A DNA stretch of 64,000 nt from Minisyncoccia bacterium (GCA_038249055.1 JBBRWS010000003.1:24374-88373), one strand, 5' to 3'; positions 38,959 to 49,069 are shown, counted from the stretch's first letter. The notes: a model not told the origin generated them from the letters alone. Program-made: numbers and translations.

Positions 38959-39006
38959 ATTAATCTTTAAACTATTAAATATTTATTTAATAGTTTAAAG
39001 ATTAAT
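38959..39006. repeat. 48-bp perfect AT-rich palindrome in divergent intergenic region
   Basis: ATTAATCTTTAAACTATTAAATA-tt-TATTTAATAGTTTAAAGATTAAT. Confidence 0.6.
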
Positions 39007-39109
39007 TCTGTTGAATAATAATTAAATATGTTATAATTAAAAAGTGATCGACAAACGAGCATAAAGGTTTTAAAACTATTATTAATCTTAAAAAGAAATA
39101 TTAAAATAT

Positions 39110-39466
39110 ATGGATTCATCAAATTCAAACACAACAAAGCCGTTATACCGTGGAACACAAATTGTTTGGTATATTCTAGGTATTATTGAAGTAGTATTAG
39201 CATTTAGATTTGTTCTAAAGCTACTTGCAGCTAACCCTTCAGCAGGTTTTAGTAATCTAATTTATAGTATTAGTTATCCTCTCGCAACTCCATTTTTAAA
39301 TGTCTTTAAATTATCAAAAATCTCAGGAAGTATTTTTGAATGGACTACACTTTTAGCTATGATGGTATATTGGATAATTGCTTTAGGTATTATTAAATTA
39401 TTCTTTATGAGTAAGTCAGTATCTACTCCTGAGGCTGCAATAAAATTAGATAACGCAAATAAATAA
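39110..39466 (+). CDS. YggT-like small membrane protein
   Basis: 118 aa, FRFVLKLLAANPSAGFSNLIYSISYPLATPFLNVF pattern like YggT/Ycf19. Confidence 0.5.
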   Translation: MDSSNSNTTKPLYRGTQIVWYILGIIEVVLAFRFVLKLLAANPSAGFSNLIYSISYPLATPFLNVFKLSKISGSIFEWTTLLAMMVYWIIALGIIKLFFMSKSVSTPEAAIKLDNANK

Positions 39467-39475
39467 TACAAAAAT

Positions 39476-39506
39476 AAAAAACCGTCTAATTTTAGACGGT
39501 TTTTTA
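39476..39506. terminator. Bidirectional terminator
   Basis: AAAAACCGTCTAA-ttt-TAGACGGTTTTTT. Confidence 0.65.
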
Positions 39507-39529
39507 TTTTTGTATATTCTATGTATAAC

Positions 39530-40414
39530 TTATTGTGTTATTTTTTGCTTCTTACTAATCCTTCCTAAAAATATTCCCAACAAGATAGCGGCGACTGCGG
39601 TAGCAAATAATTCTATAGTTTTATAATCTTTATTAGGACTAGCCTCTATTTTATTATTATCTATATTTAATATTTCTTCTTTTTCTAATTGTTTATCTGT
39701 ATTTATATAAACAAACAAACTTCCCTCGTGAGGGAGCAACGGGGAAGATGTTTTATATGAACTAATATAACCTTCATCTAATATTTTTATATCAGAAATT
39801 ACATGAAGAGATTCTAAAATATAACCACCTTCATAACAAAGACCCTTTCTTGAAAAAATTAATATAATTTTATCAGTTACGCCAGGTAAACTGTATCCAT
39901 CAACAATTAAAGGTTGATCAACATTACACCCTGAAAAAGGTATTTCGGCTTTTTTTACATTATCTTGAAAAACCGTTGCCATAAAATCTACTCCACATAA
40001 CCAAGGAGTATCTTCTGTACACTCCTTAACTTTTACAACATTGGTTTCTATCCGTATATTATTTTTTCTTAAATTTATTAACTTAGCAAAATCTAAATTT
40101 TCAACTATCAAATTAATCTTTTGTAAATAATCCTTGAAATAAAAATCACCATCAATGGCTGCTTGCTTTTCAGCATCATCGCAGGAATATAGCGTTGACA
40201 ATTCTCCATTAACCAAAGAAATACTTTTTAATTCTGAGGGACAACCTCTGCCACCTTGATCTGCTGAAAGAAAATAAACCAATTTTGTTATTGGGTTATA
40301 TTTTAAATCATAAACAACATATGGACCACCTGTCGTTGCTTCTACCCTATTAAAAAACAAAGAGAAAACTATTATTAATATGGACACGCCTTGAATCAAG
40401 AAATTTTTTTTCAT
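39530..40414 (-). CDS. Hypothetical secreted protein with C-terminal TM anchor
   Basis: 294 aa, signal peptide, Cys pairs, terminal hydrophobic helix. Confidence 0.5.
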   Translation of the reverse strand: MKKNFLIQGVSILIIVFSLFFNRVEATTGGPYVVYDLKYNPITKLVYFLSADQGGRGCPSELKSISLVNGELSTLYSCDDAEKQAAIDGDFYFKDYLQKINLIVENLDFAKLINLRKNNIRIETNVVKVKECTEDTPWLCGVDFMATVFQDNVKKAEIPFSGCNVDQPLIVDGYSLPGVTDKIILIFSRKGLCYEGGYILESLHVISDIKILDEGYISSYKTSSPLLPHEGSLFVYINTDKQLEKEEILNIDNNKIEASPNKDYKTIELFATAVAAILLGIFLGRISKKQKITQ

Positions 40415-40433
40415 CTTAAAATTATAACATAAA

Positions 40434-40664
40434 TTATTTCTTTTTTATTACAATAGAATATTTAATAAGAAGAATAATTAGAACTAATATAATTGCAATT
40501 ACTGGGGCAATAATAGACCCTATTACTACATAAGTTAAAGGGATTTCAGCCATAACATTTTCCTTTTCACTTTTTACAATAACTTTTCTTTTATTACCCT
40601 CGTGGAATAATTCTTTAATTTTTCTCACTAAATCTTTACCATTTATTTTAAATTCCTCTTGCAT
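40434..40664 (-). CDS. Small hypothetical protein with C-terminal TM
   Basis: 76 aa. Confidence 0.35.
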   Translation of the reverse strand: MQEEFKINGKDLVRKIKELFHEGNKRKVIVKSEKENVMAEIPLTYVVIGSIIAPVIAIILVLIILLIKYSIVIKKK

Positions 40665-40720
40665 AAATTTAATTTTATTGTTAATTATAATTATTTTTTA
40701 TATTTAAAATTTGAAATAAA

Positions 40721-41884
40721 TTATGGCTCAACAAAATTTATTTTTATTAAAACTATTTCTGGCCTATTACCAATTCTAACAGGTGGGCCCCAAGTACCAT
40801 AACCACTGGAAACATAAAATTGAGTATTTTCGATTTTTCTATGTCCATAAGGAAGTTCATAAATCATTTTTACAATGTAATTAAATGGCCAAAGTTGACC
40901 ATTGTGGGTATGTCCAGAAATTTGTAAATCTACTTTTCCACTTTCTGCTAAACTTTGTAAATTAAATGGTTGATGATCTAATAGTATTATAGGTAAATTG
41001 GAATTGGTATTTTCTAAAATCTGATTAAGAGTTTTTCTCTCTATTCCTCCAATACGAGAAATACTGGAATCTTCCCTTCCCACTAAATAGAAACTATTAT
41101 CAACTAAAACAAACTCATCGCGTAAAACTTTTAAACCATGTTCAATTAAATATTTATCCGCTGCTTCTACTCCTCCCATATATTCATGATTACCATTAAC
41201 TGAGTAAAAACCTAAAGGAGGATTAATTTGATTTAAACTATTTCCCATGTCTTCTTTTATTACTGGCCCTATATCTTCGTCTATAACATCCCCTACAAAA
41301 ACTACCAACTCTGGCTTCATAATATTTATAGTATCTGCTAAATATTTAAATCTTGATTTTCCAAGAATTGTTCCTAAGTGAATATCACTTGCGACTATTA
41401 TTGAAAAGTTTTCTTTTTCTGAACCTGACTTTTTATCTATTTGGATATTAATTTCATTCACTTTTGGAAACAAAGTATTTATAAAACCCGCACTAACAAT
41501 AACCAATGATATGGTGATAACTATAACCCCTATTTTAAATTTCTTTTTATCTGTTAAAGGTTCCCAAAAAGGATTTAATTTTAAAAGATAAAACAATAAA
41601 CGAATAAAATCTAATAAAAGTAAAATAATAACTAGATAAATTAATAGACCAAGCCACAAAGAGCCAGTCCAGACAAAAAAAGCTGAAATATTATTTAAAA
41701 ACCAATTTTCAAGAACACGTCCTAAAATAAAAGAAATCGGTAATATCCAGAAAAAATAACTTAGATATTTTCTGACTTTTAAATATGGTAGTAAAAATTG
41801 CCTACCTCTAATAAAAACATATAAATTTACAATAAAATATACAGATAAAAATATTGTAAAAAATGAAATAAATTGTGCAGACAT
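40721..41884 (-). CDS. Membrane-anchored metallophosphoesterase (calcineurin-like)
   Basis: IVASDIHLG, VVFVGDVIDE, GNHE, GHTHNGQLW motifs; N-terminal TM helices. Confidence 0.8.
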   Translation of the reverse strand: MSAQFISFFTIFLSVYFIVNLYVFIRGRQFLLPYLKVRKYLSYFFWILPISFILGRVLENWFLNNISAFFVWTGSLWLGLLIYLVIILLLLDFIRLLFYLLKLNPFWEPLTDKKKFKIGVIVITISLVIVSAGFINTLFPKVNEINIQIDKKSGSEKENFSIIVASDIHLGTILGKSRFKYLADTINIMKPELVVFVGDVIDEDIGPVIKEDMGNSLNQINPPLGFYSVNGNHEYMGGVEAADKYLIEHGLKVLRDEFVLVDNSFYLVGREDSSISRIGGIERKTLNQILENTNSNLPIILLDHQPFNLQSLAESGKVDLQISGHTHNGQLWPFNYIVKMIYELPYGHRKIENTQFYVSSGYGTWGPPVRIGNRPEIVLIKINFVEP

Positions 41885-42008
41885 ATAATATATTTATATA
41901 CTCATAATTTTACCACAATTATAGACTTTTAGTTTATTTGAAATAATAAACATTTAATTCTGTATATAACAATTTAACTTATAATACTATTGGGTTAATA
42001 TCATAGTG

Positions 42009-42620
42009 TTATGGTGAAATAACCTCATCTTTTTTGTAACACTCTGTTTCATCAAATGTCCTACTTTCTTTGAATTGAATAACATGGCAAGTTTCATGAA
42101 TTATTACTTTTGCAGCATATTTATAATCACCAAATGGAGTACTAATATCAATCACACCTGGATTTATTTTATATAAAGAATAACACCCCCCTCCAAATCC
42201 GCCACAAGAAATATTTGGATCTATAGACTCAACATTCTTACAAAAATCATCATATTGTTCACTGAAGTTATTTTTCAAATACCTAATACCCTTTTTCATT
42301 GTTGTATTGCTCATCTCTGTAAATGAAGGCCTTATTGTAATAAAACACCTATTGGGTAAATCAATATAAATAAAAAAATGATAGATAATCCACAGTATAA
42401 CCAACACAGCAATAAAATATTTAAAAAGTTTGATTATAACTTTTTTATCAGTTCTTCCAAAAATCCTTAAATAAAAAGTATTTATAGTTGCGTTTTTACT
42501 TATTGTTACTCTTTCAATTTCTTCTCTAAGAAGACGTTTTTCAGCATCCTCTGAATAATAACATTTAGTACATCTATTCGTTTTTTCTTCTAACTCTGCT
42601 CCACATTTTTTACATTTCAT
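42009..42620 (-). CDS. Zinc-ribbon/TM protein with C-terminal HExxH motif (putative metallopeptidase-like)
   Basis: MKCKKCGAEL...CTKC zinc ribbon, one TM, IIHETCHVIQF. Confidence 0.45.
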   Translation of the reverse strand: MKCKKCGAELEEKTNRCTKCYYSEDAEKRLLREEIERVTISKNATINTFYLRIFGRTDKKVIIKLFKYFIAVLVILWIIYHFFIYIDLPNRCFITIRPSFTEMSNTTMKKGIRYLKNNFSEQYDDFCKNVESIDPNISCGGFGGGCYSLYKINPGVIDISTPFGDYKYAAKVIIHETCHVIQFKESRTFDETECYKKDEVISP

Positions 42621-42704
42621 AATTAAATTTTAAATATAAATCTTTTTACAAAACATTTACAAAATTGATAAATAAATGGAATATACTTTTTTATTTATTA
42701 TAAA

Positions 42705-43208
42705 TTATTGAGGGCAAATAAATTCACAATTGGGACCGGTGCGTCCAACATAGGAACCATCAGGGCATTGCTTTGCATCCATAGTACAGGCAATAGGTTG
42801 TTTTAATCCAGTACATCTCCAATTTATTTCAGCTGTTTTTGTTTCCTCACTAACTACACATGCTGGATTACATCCTTCAGGTCTTCCATTTAAATTAGCA
42901 TCATACCACCATGTTTTAGAATTTATATTATAAGTACCGAAAGATAAAACTTCTCCACCTTTTATACATGATTTTTCAGCAATAGTGCGAGCTTCTATTT
43001 CAGTAAGTGAATTATTTATTTGAGGACAAACAGCAAATTCGCAATTTGGACCTGTCCGGCTAACCACTGAACCGTCAGCACAAATTTTAGATTCTTCGCT
43101 ACATACATAAATACCACCTTTATTAATATCTGTTTTATTTGCCCGTAATACTAAAATTAATGTTATTAATATAAATAAACTTAAAATAATTATGCTTATT
43201 TTTTTCAT
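42705..43208 (-). CDS. Secreted Cys-rich protein with internally duplicated module
   Basis: CADGSVVSRTGPNCEFAVCPQ near N-terminus and CPDGSYVGRTGPNCEFICPQ at C-terminus. Confidence 0.5.
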   Translation of the reverse strand: MKKISIIILSLFILITLILVLRANKTDINKGGIYVCSEESKICADGSVVSRTGPNCEFAVCPQINNSLTEIEARTIAEKSCIKGGEVLSFGTYNINSKTWWYDANLNGRPEGCNPACVVSEETKTAEINWRCTGLKQPIACTMDAKQCPDGSYVGRTGPNCEFICPQ

Positions 43209-43282
43209 AACTTTAATTATAACATTTTTGAGTACAAATTAATTACTATATAAAAATTTTAATAATATGGTATAATAATTTC

Positions 43283-43558
43283 ATGGAAACTTTAACTGTA
43301 TTGTTTGATATATTAATAGCTTTATTATCGTTGTGGGTTGTTTTTAAACTAATAGGTTATGGCGGAACTATTGGTAAATCATTATCCCAAGTCGGTTATG
43401 GAATTGTAATAATCGGATTTTCGCAGATTTTAGAAACAGCTGGTTTATTATTTTTTGATGAAAGTGTATTTGATATGCATGTTATTCATCGCTCTGTTCT
43501 TACAACTGGTTTCTTATTAGTAGCATGGGGTTTTAAAAATTTAATGGAAAAAAAATAA
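43283..43558 (+). CDS. Small membrane protein
   Basis: 91 aa, 3 TM. Confidence 0.4.
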   Translation: METLTVLFDILIALLSLWVVFKLIGYGGTIGKSLSQVGYGIVIIGFSQILETAGLLFFDESVFDMHVIHRSVLTTGFLLVAWGFKNLMEKK

Positions 43559-43574
43559 CATATTATCTCTGGTG

Positions 43575-44102
43575 TTACTTTAAACCAAACAAAAACCATC
43601 GGGGCTTATTTGTATATAAATAATTAGGATTTTCCTTTGTAGCTTTTTCCTTTATAAATCTTGTTATATTTAGCTCAGTTGAACCATAAGAATAAACAGG
43701 AAATCCAACTTGAGGAGATGGATTTTTTTCTTCTGGTCTTACTAAAATTACTTTTGATTTTTGTGTTTTTGAATCTTTGTACCAAATTACGAGAGAATTC
43801 CCATTTATATTTATAAGATTGTATACGTATTCTACATCTTTAAATTCTATAATTTTATTTCCGTTTATTTTTTTAATTATAATATTATCTTCAGTAACTT
43901 CAATATATTTTAATCTATAAAAAGAGTCAGCAGACATAATAAATACATAGATAAAAATTAATAGAAAAAGAACAGTGAATAAACTAAAATTACCAGAAGA
44001 TATTATCCCAATAATAAAAAATAAACTAACCCCAATCAATACTGGGAATATGATGTAATATACGTATGTTTCAAATGGTGAACTTTTATATAAAATGGGC
44101 AT
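43575..44102 (-). CDS. Hypothetical membrane protein (2 TM + soluble domain)
   Basis: 175 aa. Confidence 0.45.
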   Translation of the reverse strand: MPILYKSSPFETYVYYIIFPVLIGVSLFFIIGIISSGNFSLFTVLFLLIFIYVFIMSADSFYRLKYIEVTEDNIIIKKINGNKIIEFKDVEYVYNLININGNSLVIWYKDSKTQKSKVILVRPEEKNPSPQVGFPVYSYGSTELNITRFIKEKATKENPNYLYTNKPRWFLFGLK

Positions 44103-44106
44103 AAAT

Positions 44107-44670
44107 TTATTTATTAGTAAAAATTATATCTTCTCCAACTAAATTATTATCCTTATTATAATCATCAAATAAATGCCAATAGGTAGACGTAAGTCTTTCT
44201 TCTTTCTCTAAACCTAATATTTTTATAGCATTTTCTATTGAATCCTTATCCCCTTCAATTTCTAAATAATCTCCGAATGGTAACCTGTCCAGGGCTAATA
44301 TTGTTTCGGCTAATTCATACTCTGTTCTATATTTTTCCATAATCCATTTTTTAGTAAAACCTAATGTAAATAACATTTTTTCTGCTAATTCAACATCACT
44401 AATTTCAATTTCTAATTCTTGTCTTTCTTTAAACTTTTCATCACTTCCTGATAATTTAGACTTTACTGTCATGGTTTTCTTTTCTCCACTGCGAACACGT
44501 AAAAATATTCCCTTTTTAATTAGTGATTCTTCGGATGTATCCATTCTTATAGCCTTTTGAAAAATATTTTTATGTAATTCCTTTCCTCCGACGGATTTTA
44601 TTTTCTCCTCTAATTCTAATAAGTCATGTATTTTAAATTTTATTTCTGTTTCAATTAAATTATTTGTCAT
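44107..44670 (-). CDS. CYTH domain (triphosphate tunnel metalloenzyme / class IV adenylyl cyclase-like) protein
   Basis: N-terminal ETEIKFKI (ExExK) motif and length typical of CYTH. Confidence 0.6.
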   Translation of the reverse strand: MTNNLIETEIKFKIHDLLELEEKIKSVGGKELHKNIFQKAIRMDTSEESLIKKGIFLRVRSGEKKTMTVKSKLSGSDEKFKERQELEIEISDVELAEKMLFTLGFTKKWIMEKYRTEYELAETILALDRLPFGDYLEIEGDKDSIENAIKILGLEKEERLTSTYWHLFDDYNKDNNLVGEDIIFTNK

Positions 44671-45134
44671 ATAGAAAATTTATATATTACAGAATAATCA
44701 AAAGTTATTTTATTTAAATCAATAGATTGAGTTTCTATTTCAGGACTTACGTCACCAAACCCTCTAATAAAACCATCTGCAACTTTTTTGAACACAACCC
44801 AACCAACGGATTCAGTTCCTTCTGATTGAAATGTGTAATCTGCTAATAAAATTCCATTTTTATATGTCCCTTTCAAAGTACCGGTTGAACTATCCTTTTC
44901 AAAATTCTTAATATCAAGTGTTCCTGTAAAAGATTCACCTTGTTCAGAAAGAATTGTAAGAGTATATACATCGTTTGCTAAATGTCCAATATAAGTACCT
45001 ATAATAGTTTCTTTTAAAACCACAGAAGAATCATCACTTAAAGATCCACTTTTTGGTTTTTGATAATAAATATAAGCACTGGCAATAATCAAAGCTATTA
45101 TTCCTAATATAATTATTTTTAAAAAGTTTTTCAT
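44667..45134 (-). CDS. Hypothetical secreted protein
   Basis: 155 aa, signal peptide; overlaps downstream gene by 4 nt (ATGA). Confidence 0.5.
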   Translation of the reverse strand: MKNFLKIIILGIIALIIASAYIYYQKPKSGSLSDDSSVVLKETIIGTYIGHLANDVYTLTILSEQGESFTGTLDIKNFEKDSSTGTLKGTYKNGILLADYTFQSEGTESVGWVVFKKVADGFIRGFGDVSPEIETQSIDLNKITFDYSVIYKFSI

Positions 45135-45277
45135 GATTTAATTCTATCATAATTTAAAACTTATATTAAGATATAAAATATCCATTGCAAAATATACCTG
45201 CCCGCCCTCTGGCAGAGTTTAAAATAGCTGTTCTACTTCATAGAACGAGATAGAAACATTTTCGAATAAAGTAAAAT

Positions 45278-45310
45278 AAAAAAGACCCACAATAAAGTGG
45301 GTCTTTTTTA
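45278..45310. terminator. Bidirectional terminator
   Basis: AAAAAGACCCAC-aataaa-GTGGGTCTTTTTT. Confidence 0.65.
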
Positions 45311-45325
45311 TTAAATAACTTCAGT

Positions 45326-46036
45326 TTAGTTATTATCATCAATTGCATCAAGGCTATCATCTTTTTCATCCTTATCATCATCTTTTCCATCATTATCATG
45401 ATCTAAAGATTTTGAATCACTTACATCAGGAATATTATCATTATCATCATCTTTATCTTGAGAATCAATAAGACCATCATTATCATGATCTTCAGATTTT
45501 GAATCTTTACTATCCTCTATACCATCATTGTCATCATCAATATCCAAATCATCTGAAATGTCATCGTTATCATGATCTTTAGATTTTGAATCTTTACTAT
45601 CCTCTATATTATCATTATCGTCATCTTTATCTTGATCATCTGAAATACCATCCTTATCACTATCTACTCTAGATACCCATTTACGAGCAATATTTGCATC
45701 AATTACAAAACTACCATCTTGAGTGATATTTCCTGATATTCCTACAAAATCACCACTTTGTATATCAGTGATAACCCGATTTAAACTTATAATATTGGTT
45801 GTAGCAGAAATCTTTACTGTCCAACTTCCACCCCAACTTTTAACAACTATTGAGTCCGTACCTACAGACTCAACAAAGCCACGCATAAGCACATTACCAC
45901 TAGGATTAATATTTAGAATCATAGGACTCTTAATAACCTCGGGAGATACTACATTTGTTTCTGCAAATACCTTAAACCCAAATATACTTAAAAAAACAAA
46001 CACAATCACGATAATAAATTTTTTATTATTTTTCAT
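45326..46036 (-). CDS. Secreted protein with Asp-rich thrombospondin type 3-like calcium-binding repeats
   Basis: Signal peptide; C-terminal half made of DKDDDNDNIED / DIDDDNDGIEDSKD / DHDNDG repeats. Confidence 0.55.
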   Translation of the reverse strand: MKNNKKFIIVIVFVFLSIFGFKVFAETNVVSPEVIKSPMILNINPSGNVLMRGFVESVGTDSIVVKSWGGSWTVKISATTNIISLNRVITDIQSGDFVGISGNITQDGSFVIDANIARKWVSRVDSDKDGISDDQDKDDDNDNIEDSKDSKSKDHDNDDISDDLDIDDDNDGIEDSKDSKSEDHDNDGLIDSQDKDDDNDNIPDVSDSKSLDHDNDGKDDDKDEKDDSLDAIDDNN

Positions 46037-46278
46037 TTTTATATTTTGTTATTAATAATAATTTAGATTTCATGGACTAATATAGATTAGTAATGAAGTC
46101 TAAAAAACAACCTACTTAATTATAGACTTCTTGAGCCTTGAGTTCTTCGTATTTTAATTATAACAAATTAAATAAAGATAGATAGGGATAGATTGGATAT
46201 AACTCTTATAAAAAGATTTCAAAACAACTTACTCCTCGTTTGAAACAAAAATAGAAATCTTTTTAAATAATATAAAAT

Positions 46279-46731
46279 TTACTTAATTTCTTCTTTTAAA
46301 ACTTTAATTGCTTCTTCGAGAATATTAATGTCTTTTATCTTCTCAGATATTGATAATCTAGAGTATTGAGTTTTTTGATCATTGGATGCATATTCATCAT
46401 TTCTATCAAGCCAATTATCATGAATTAAATTTAACACATCATTAATTTTTCCAATCGCAACTTCAGCTGAAAGATGATTTTCTTCCTTCCAATCGTTAGG
46501 TAATTTATCATAAGGAGTATTCGCAATGTCTATGTCAGAAATACCTTCATGTTTTTCAATCCATTCTTTATCTTTAACTTTTTTCATTCTAGGAGTAAAT
46601 GTTTTTGTTTCTGGATCGAATCTTTCTTTGCGCCAGTTTTCATGCATCAATCTTGCTAATGTCTCAACTTCCTGAACTTTCTTTTCTTCTAATTGTTTTG
46701 ATCTATTATTAAAAATTAATTGTTCATACAT
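46279..46731 (-). CDS. Hypothetical protein
   Basis: 150 aa, charged, no TM. Confidence 0.5.
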   Translation of the reverse strand: MYEQLIFNNRSKQLEEKKVQEVETLARLMHENWRKERFDPETKTFTPRMKKVKDKEWIEKHEGISDIDIANTPYDKLPNDWKEENHLSAEVAIGKINDVLNLIHDNWLDRNDEYASNDQKTQYSRLSISEKIKDINILEEAIKVLKEEIK

Positions 46732-46819
46732 TTTATTATTATATCACAAACTATAATTATTAAACTGGCCCAAAAATTAACCTTATTTAAATATAATTTT
46801 GAAATTATAAATAAATCAA

Positions 46820-47191
46820 TTAATAATTAAAACTCATCCAGAAGAAAAAGACGCCGATAGTAAATATAACTACTCCCCAGAGTATCTGCTGACCTTTAAA
46901 CATTTGGGCTTTTTTATTAACACGATTAGGAAACCCAATTTTTTCAATTCCTTTAAATAAGGTAACCCAGCCTAAAATAGTTATTGCAACTCGCCAATCG
47001 GTAACCCAAATATTATGAGCAACAACAGTGACTAATCCTAATAAAAAAGTAATATAACCAGTAGATATAGTAATAGCTCTGTCTTCGGTATATTCTATAA
47101 TCCTACCTAATAATTTTGCACCAATAGACATTGCGCCAAGAATCATAAAAAGACTGCCCCAAAACTTTGCTAAAAAAATTGTTATTTCCAT
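46820..47191 (-). CDS. Small membrane protein
   Basis: 123 aa, 4 TM. Confidence 0.5.
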   Translation of the reverse strand: MEITIFLAKFWGSLFMILGAMSIGAKLLGRIIEYTEDRAITISTGYITFLLGLVTVVAHNIWVTDWRVAITILGWVTLFKGIEKIGFPNRVNKKAQMFKGQQILWGVVIFTIGVFFFWMSFNY

Positions 47192-47290
47192 GACATAAAA
47201 ATTATATCAAATTATTAATATATAAGGTATATCTTTATGCCTCCAAACCTTGGGTGAAGTAAGAAACTTTTTGAAAATATTTAGTCATAA

Positions 47291-48514
47291 TTAATGTAGT
47301 TTAGGAAATGAATTCCCTCTTTTTCTTCCACTACCTTTAAGAGAGGAAGCATGTTTCAGCGAATTTTGTCCAAATTTTTCTCTTATCTTATCTCCCACTT
47401 CTTCTATAATGTTTTTAGTTTCAGATTTATCAAATATGCCAAATAAATCCCTAGGTATATTTTCTCTTCTTAATAAATTTCGCAAAGTAATCCCAGTTGA
47501 ACGAATTTTTTCATCATTTTGTAACAGCTTATATAAAATAGGTTCAATAATATTAAGCATCTCACTTGGATTATTAGTATATAAAGGTAAATGACTCTCA
47601 CCAACACGGTGAATAAAATTAGAATTTTTTACAAAAAATGAAACTGAATTAGTCACCAGATTAAGTTCTCTTGCTCTTTCACATGCTCTTTCTATATTTT
47701 CTGAAAGTTCAGCAAATATTATTTTTGAATTGCAAGATGATGGCTTAAAAGTTGAAGTTGATTGAATTGATTTTTGATCTCTTCTGTCATGATTGGAATC
47801 AATTTCTAATAAAGATTTGCCTGAAAGTTCTTGTTTAAGATTAAATAATGGCAAGGGAAAATATTTTTCTATTGGTTCATCTGGATAGTGAACAAGATCA
47901 TAAGCGGTTTTCATTCCCATATCGTGCAGTCGTGGAACTGTCTGTTTGCCAATACCCCAAATGTCATCTATTTTTGTTTTCTTAAGTGCATTCTCTTCGT
48001 CCATTTCGTTTAAAAGTAAAACCATACCATCGGGTTTATCAAGCTTTGAAGCGGTCTTCGCGAGTGCTTTTGTTCTCCCAAGTCCAAAAGAATATGTTAC
48101 ACCAATTGTATTTTTAATTTCATCTTTGATGTCACTCACAAGTTTTTCTGGACTACCAGCATATTTTATATCTGAAGGTTTAACAATCATAAAACATTCA
48201 TCTATACTATATACTTCAACTTGCTCAAGGTACGATAAAAAAATATTATAAACATCATTGGAAATTTTATTATATAAATCAAAATGATGAGAAAGAATAA
48301 TAACTTTAGGGAATTGTTTTTTAATTTGGAATATTGGCATACCACGAGTAACACCAAGTTTTTTAGCTTCATAACTCATGGCTACAGCTATTCCCCTATC
48401 TTCTCCCACAACAACAGGCATCCCTTTATATTCAGGATGCTTCGATACTTCACACGAAACAAAGAAAGAATCTCCATCTGCATGAAGAAATAAATTGTCG
48501 GAATTATCAGACAT
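47291..48514 (-). CDS. dinB: Y-family DNA polymerase (DNA polymerase IV-like)
   Basis: LHADGDSFFVSCEV, SIDECF catalytic motifs. Confidence 0.8.
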   Translation of the reverse strand: MSDNSDNLFLHADGDSFFVSCEVSKHPEYKGMPVVVGEDRGIAVAMSYEAKKLGVTRGMPIFQIKKQFPKVIILSHHFDLYNKISNDVYNIFLSYLEQVEVYSIDECFMIVKPSDIKYAGSPEKLVSDIKDEIKNTIGVTYSFGLGRTKALAKTASKLDKPDGMVLLLNEMDEENALKKTKIDDIWGIGKQTVPRLHDMGMKTAYDLVHYPDEPIEKYFPLPLFNLKQELSGKSLLEIDSNHDRRDQKSIQSTSTFKPSSCNSKIIFAELSENIERACERARELNLVTNSVSFFVKNSNFIHRVGESHLPLYTNNPSEMLNIIEPILYKLLQNDEKIRSTGITLRNLLRRENIPRDLFGIFDKSETKNIIEEVGDKIREKFGQNSLKHASSLKGSGRKRGNSFPKLH

Positions 48515-48574
48515 TTACATATTGTATCAAAAATATCGGAATTGGGTTCATAGAGATAACCCATTATTATCCTT

Positions 48575-49069
48575 CTATATATTTAATTCTTTTTCGTTTA
48601 TTTTATATAAAACTTTTAGTAGTAAATTTTTAAGAACGGTGATAAATACAGCGATTACACTTGAAATAATAATTATAATAAGTCCAATTGCCACTACCCC
48701 AGGAGCATCATCTTTATCTGCTACATAGAATATATATGGCATACCAATTATATACAATAAACTTATTACTATTGCACAATATCTTATTTTAATTAAAGCT
48801 TTTATGGATAATTCTGAAAAAGCTTTATTTTTTTCAATGTAGTTCAAAACATTTAATATTTGGAATAATGCAATAAAAAAAGGAATCCCTGGTATATATA
48901 AACCCAATAAAAGTGGATCATATCCTCCCATTTCAACTGAACCAATAATACGAGGTAATGCTAAAATATATAAAGATAAAAATGCAAGTCCGATTAAAAA
49001 AACAACCCCTTTTAATATAAAGGTTGACATTGATTTCATAAAAAATTTATATATTTTAGCTTTAATCAT
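48575..49069 (-). CDS. Hypothetical membrane protein
   Basis: 164 aa, 4 TM. Confidence 0.5.
   Translation of the reverse strand: MIKAKIYKFFMKSMSTFILKGVVFLIGLAFLSLYILALPRIIGSVEMGGYDPLLLGLYIPGIPFFIALFQILNVLNYIEKNKAFSELSIKALIKIRYCAIVISLLYIIGMPYIFYVADKDDAPGVVAIGLIIIIISSVIAVFITVLKNLLLKVLYKINEKELNI

Noticed and set aside
45723-46055. 110-aa plus-strand ORF
   Set aside because: Antisense to the Asp-repeat protein gene
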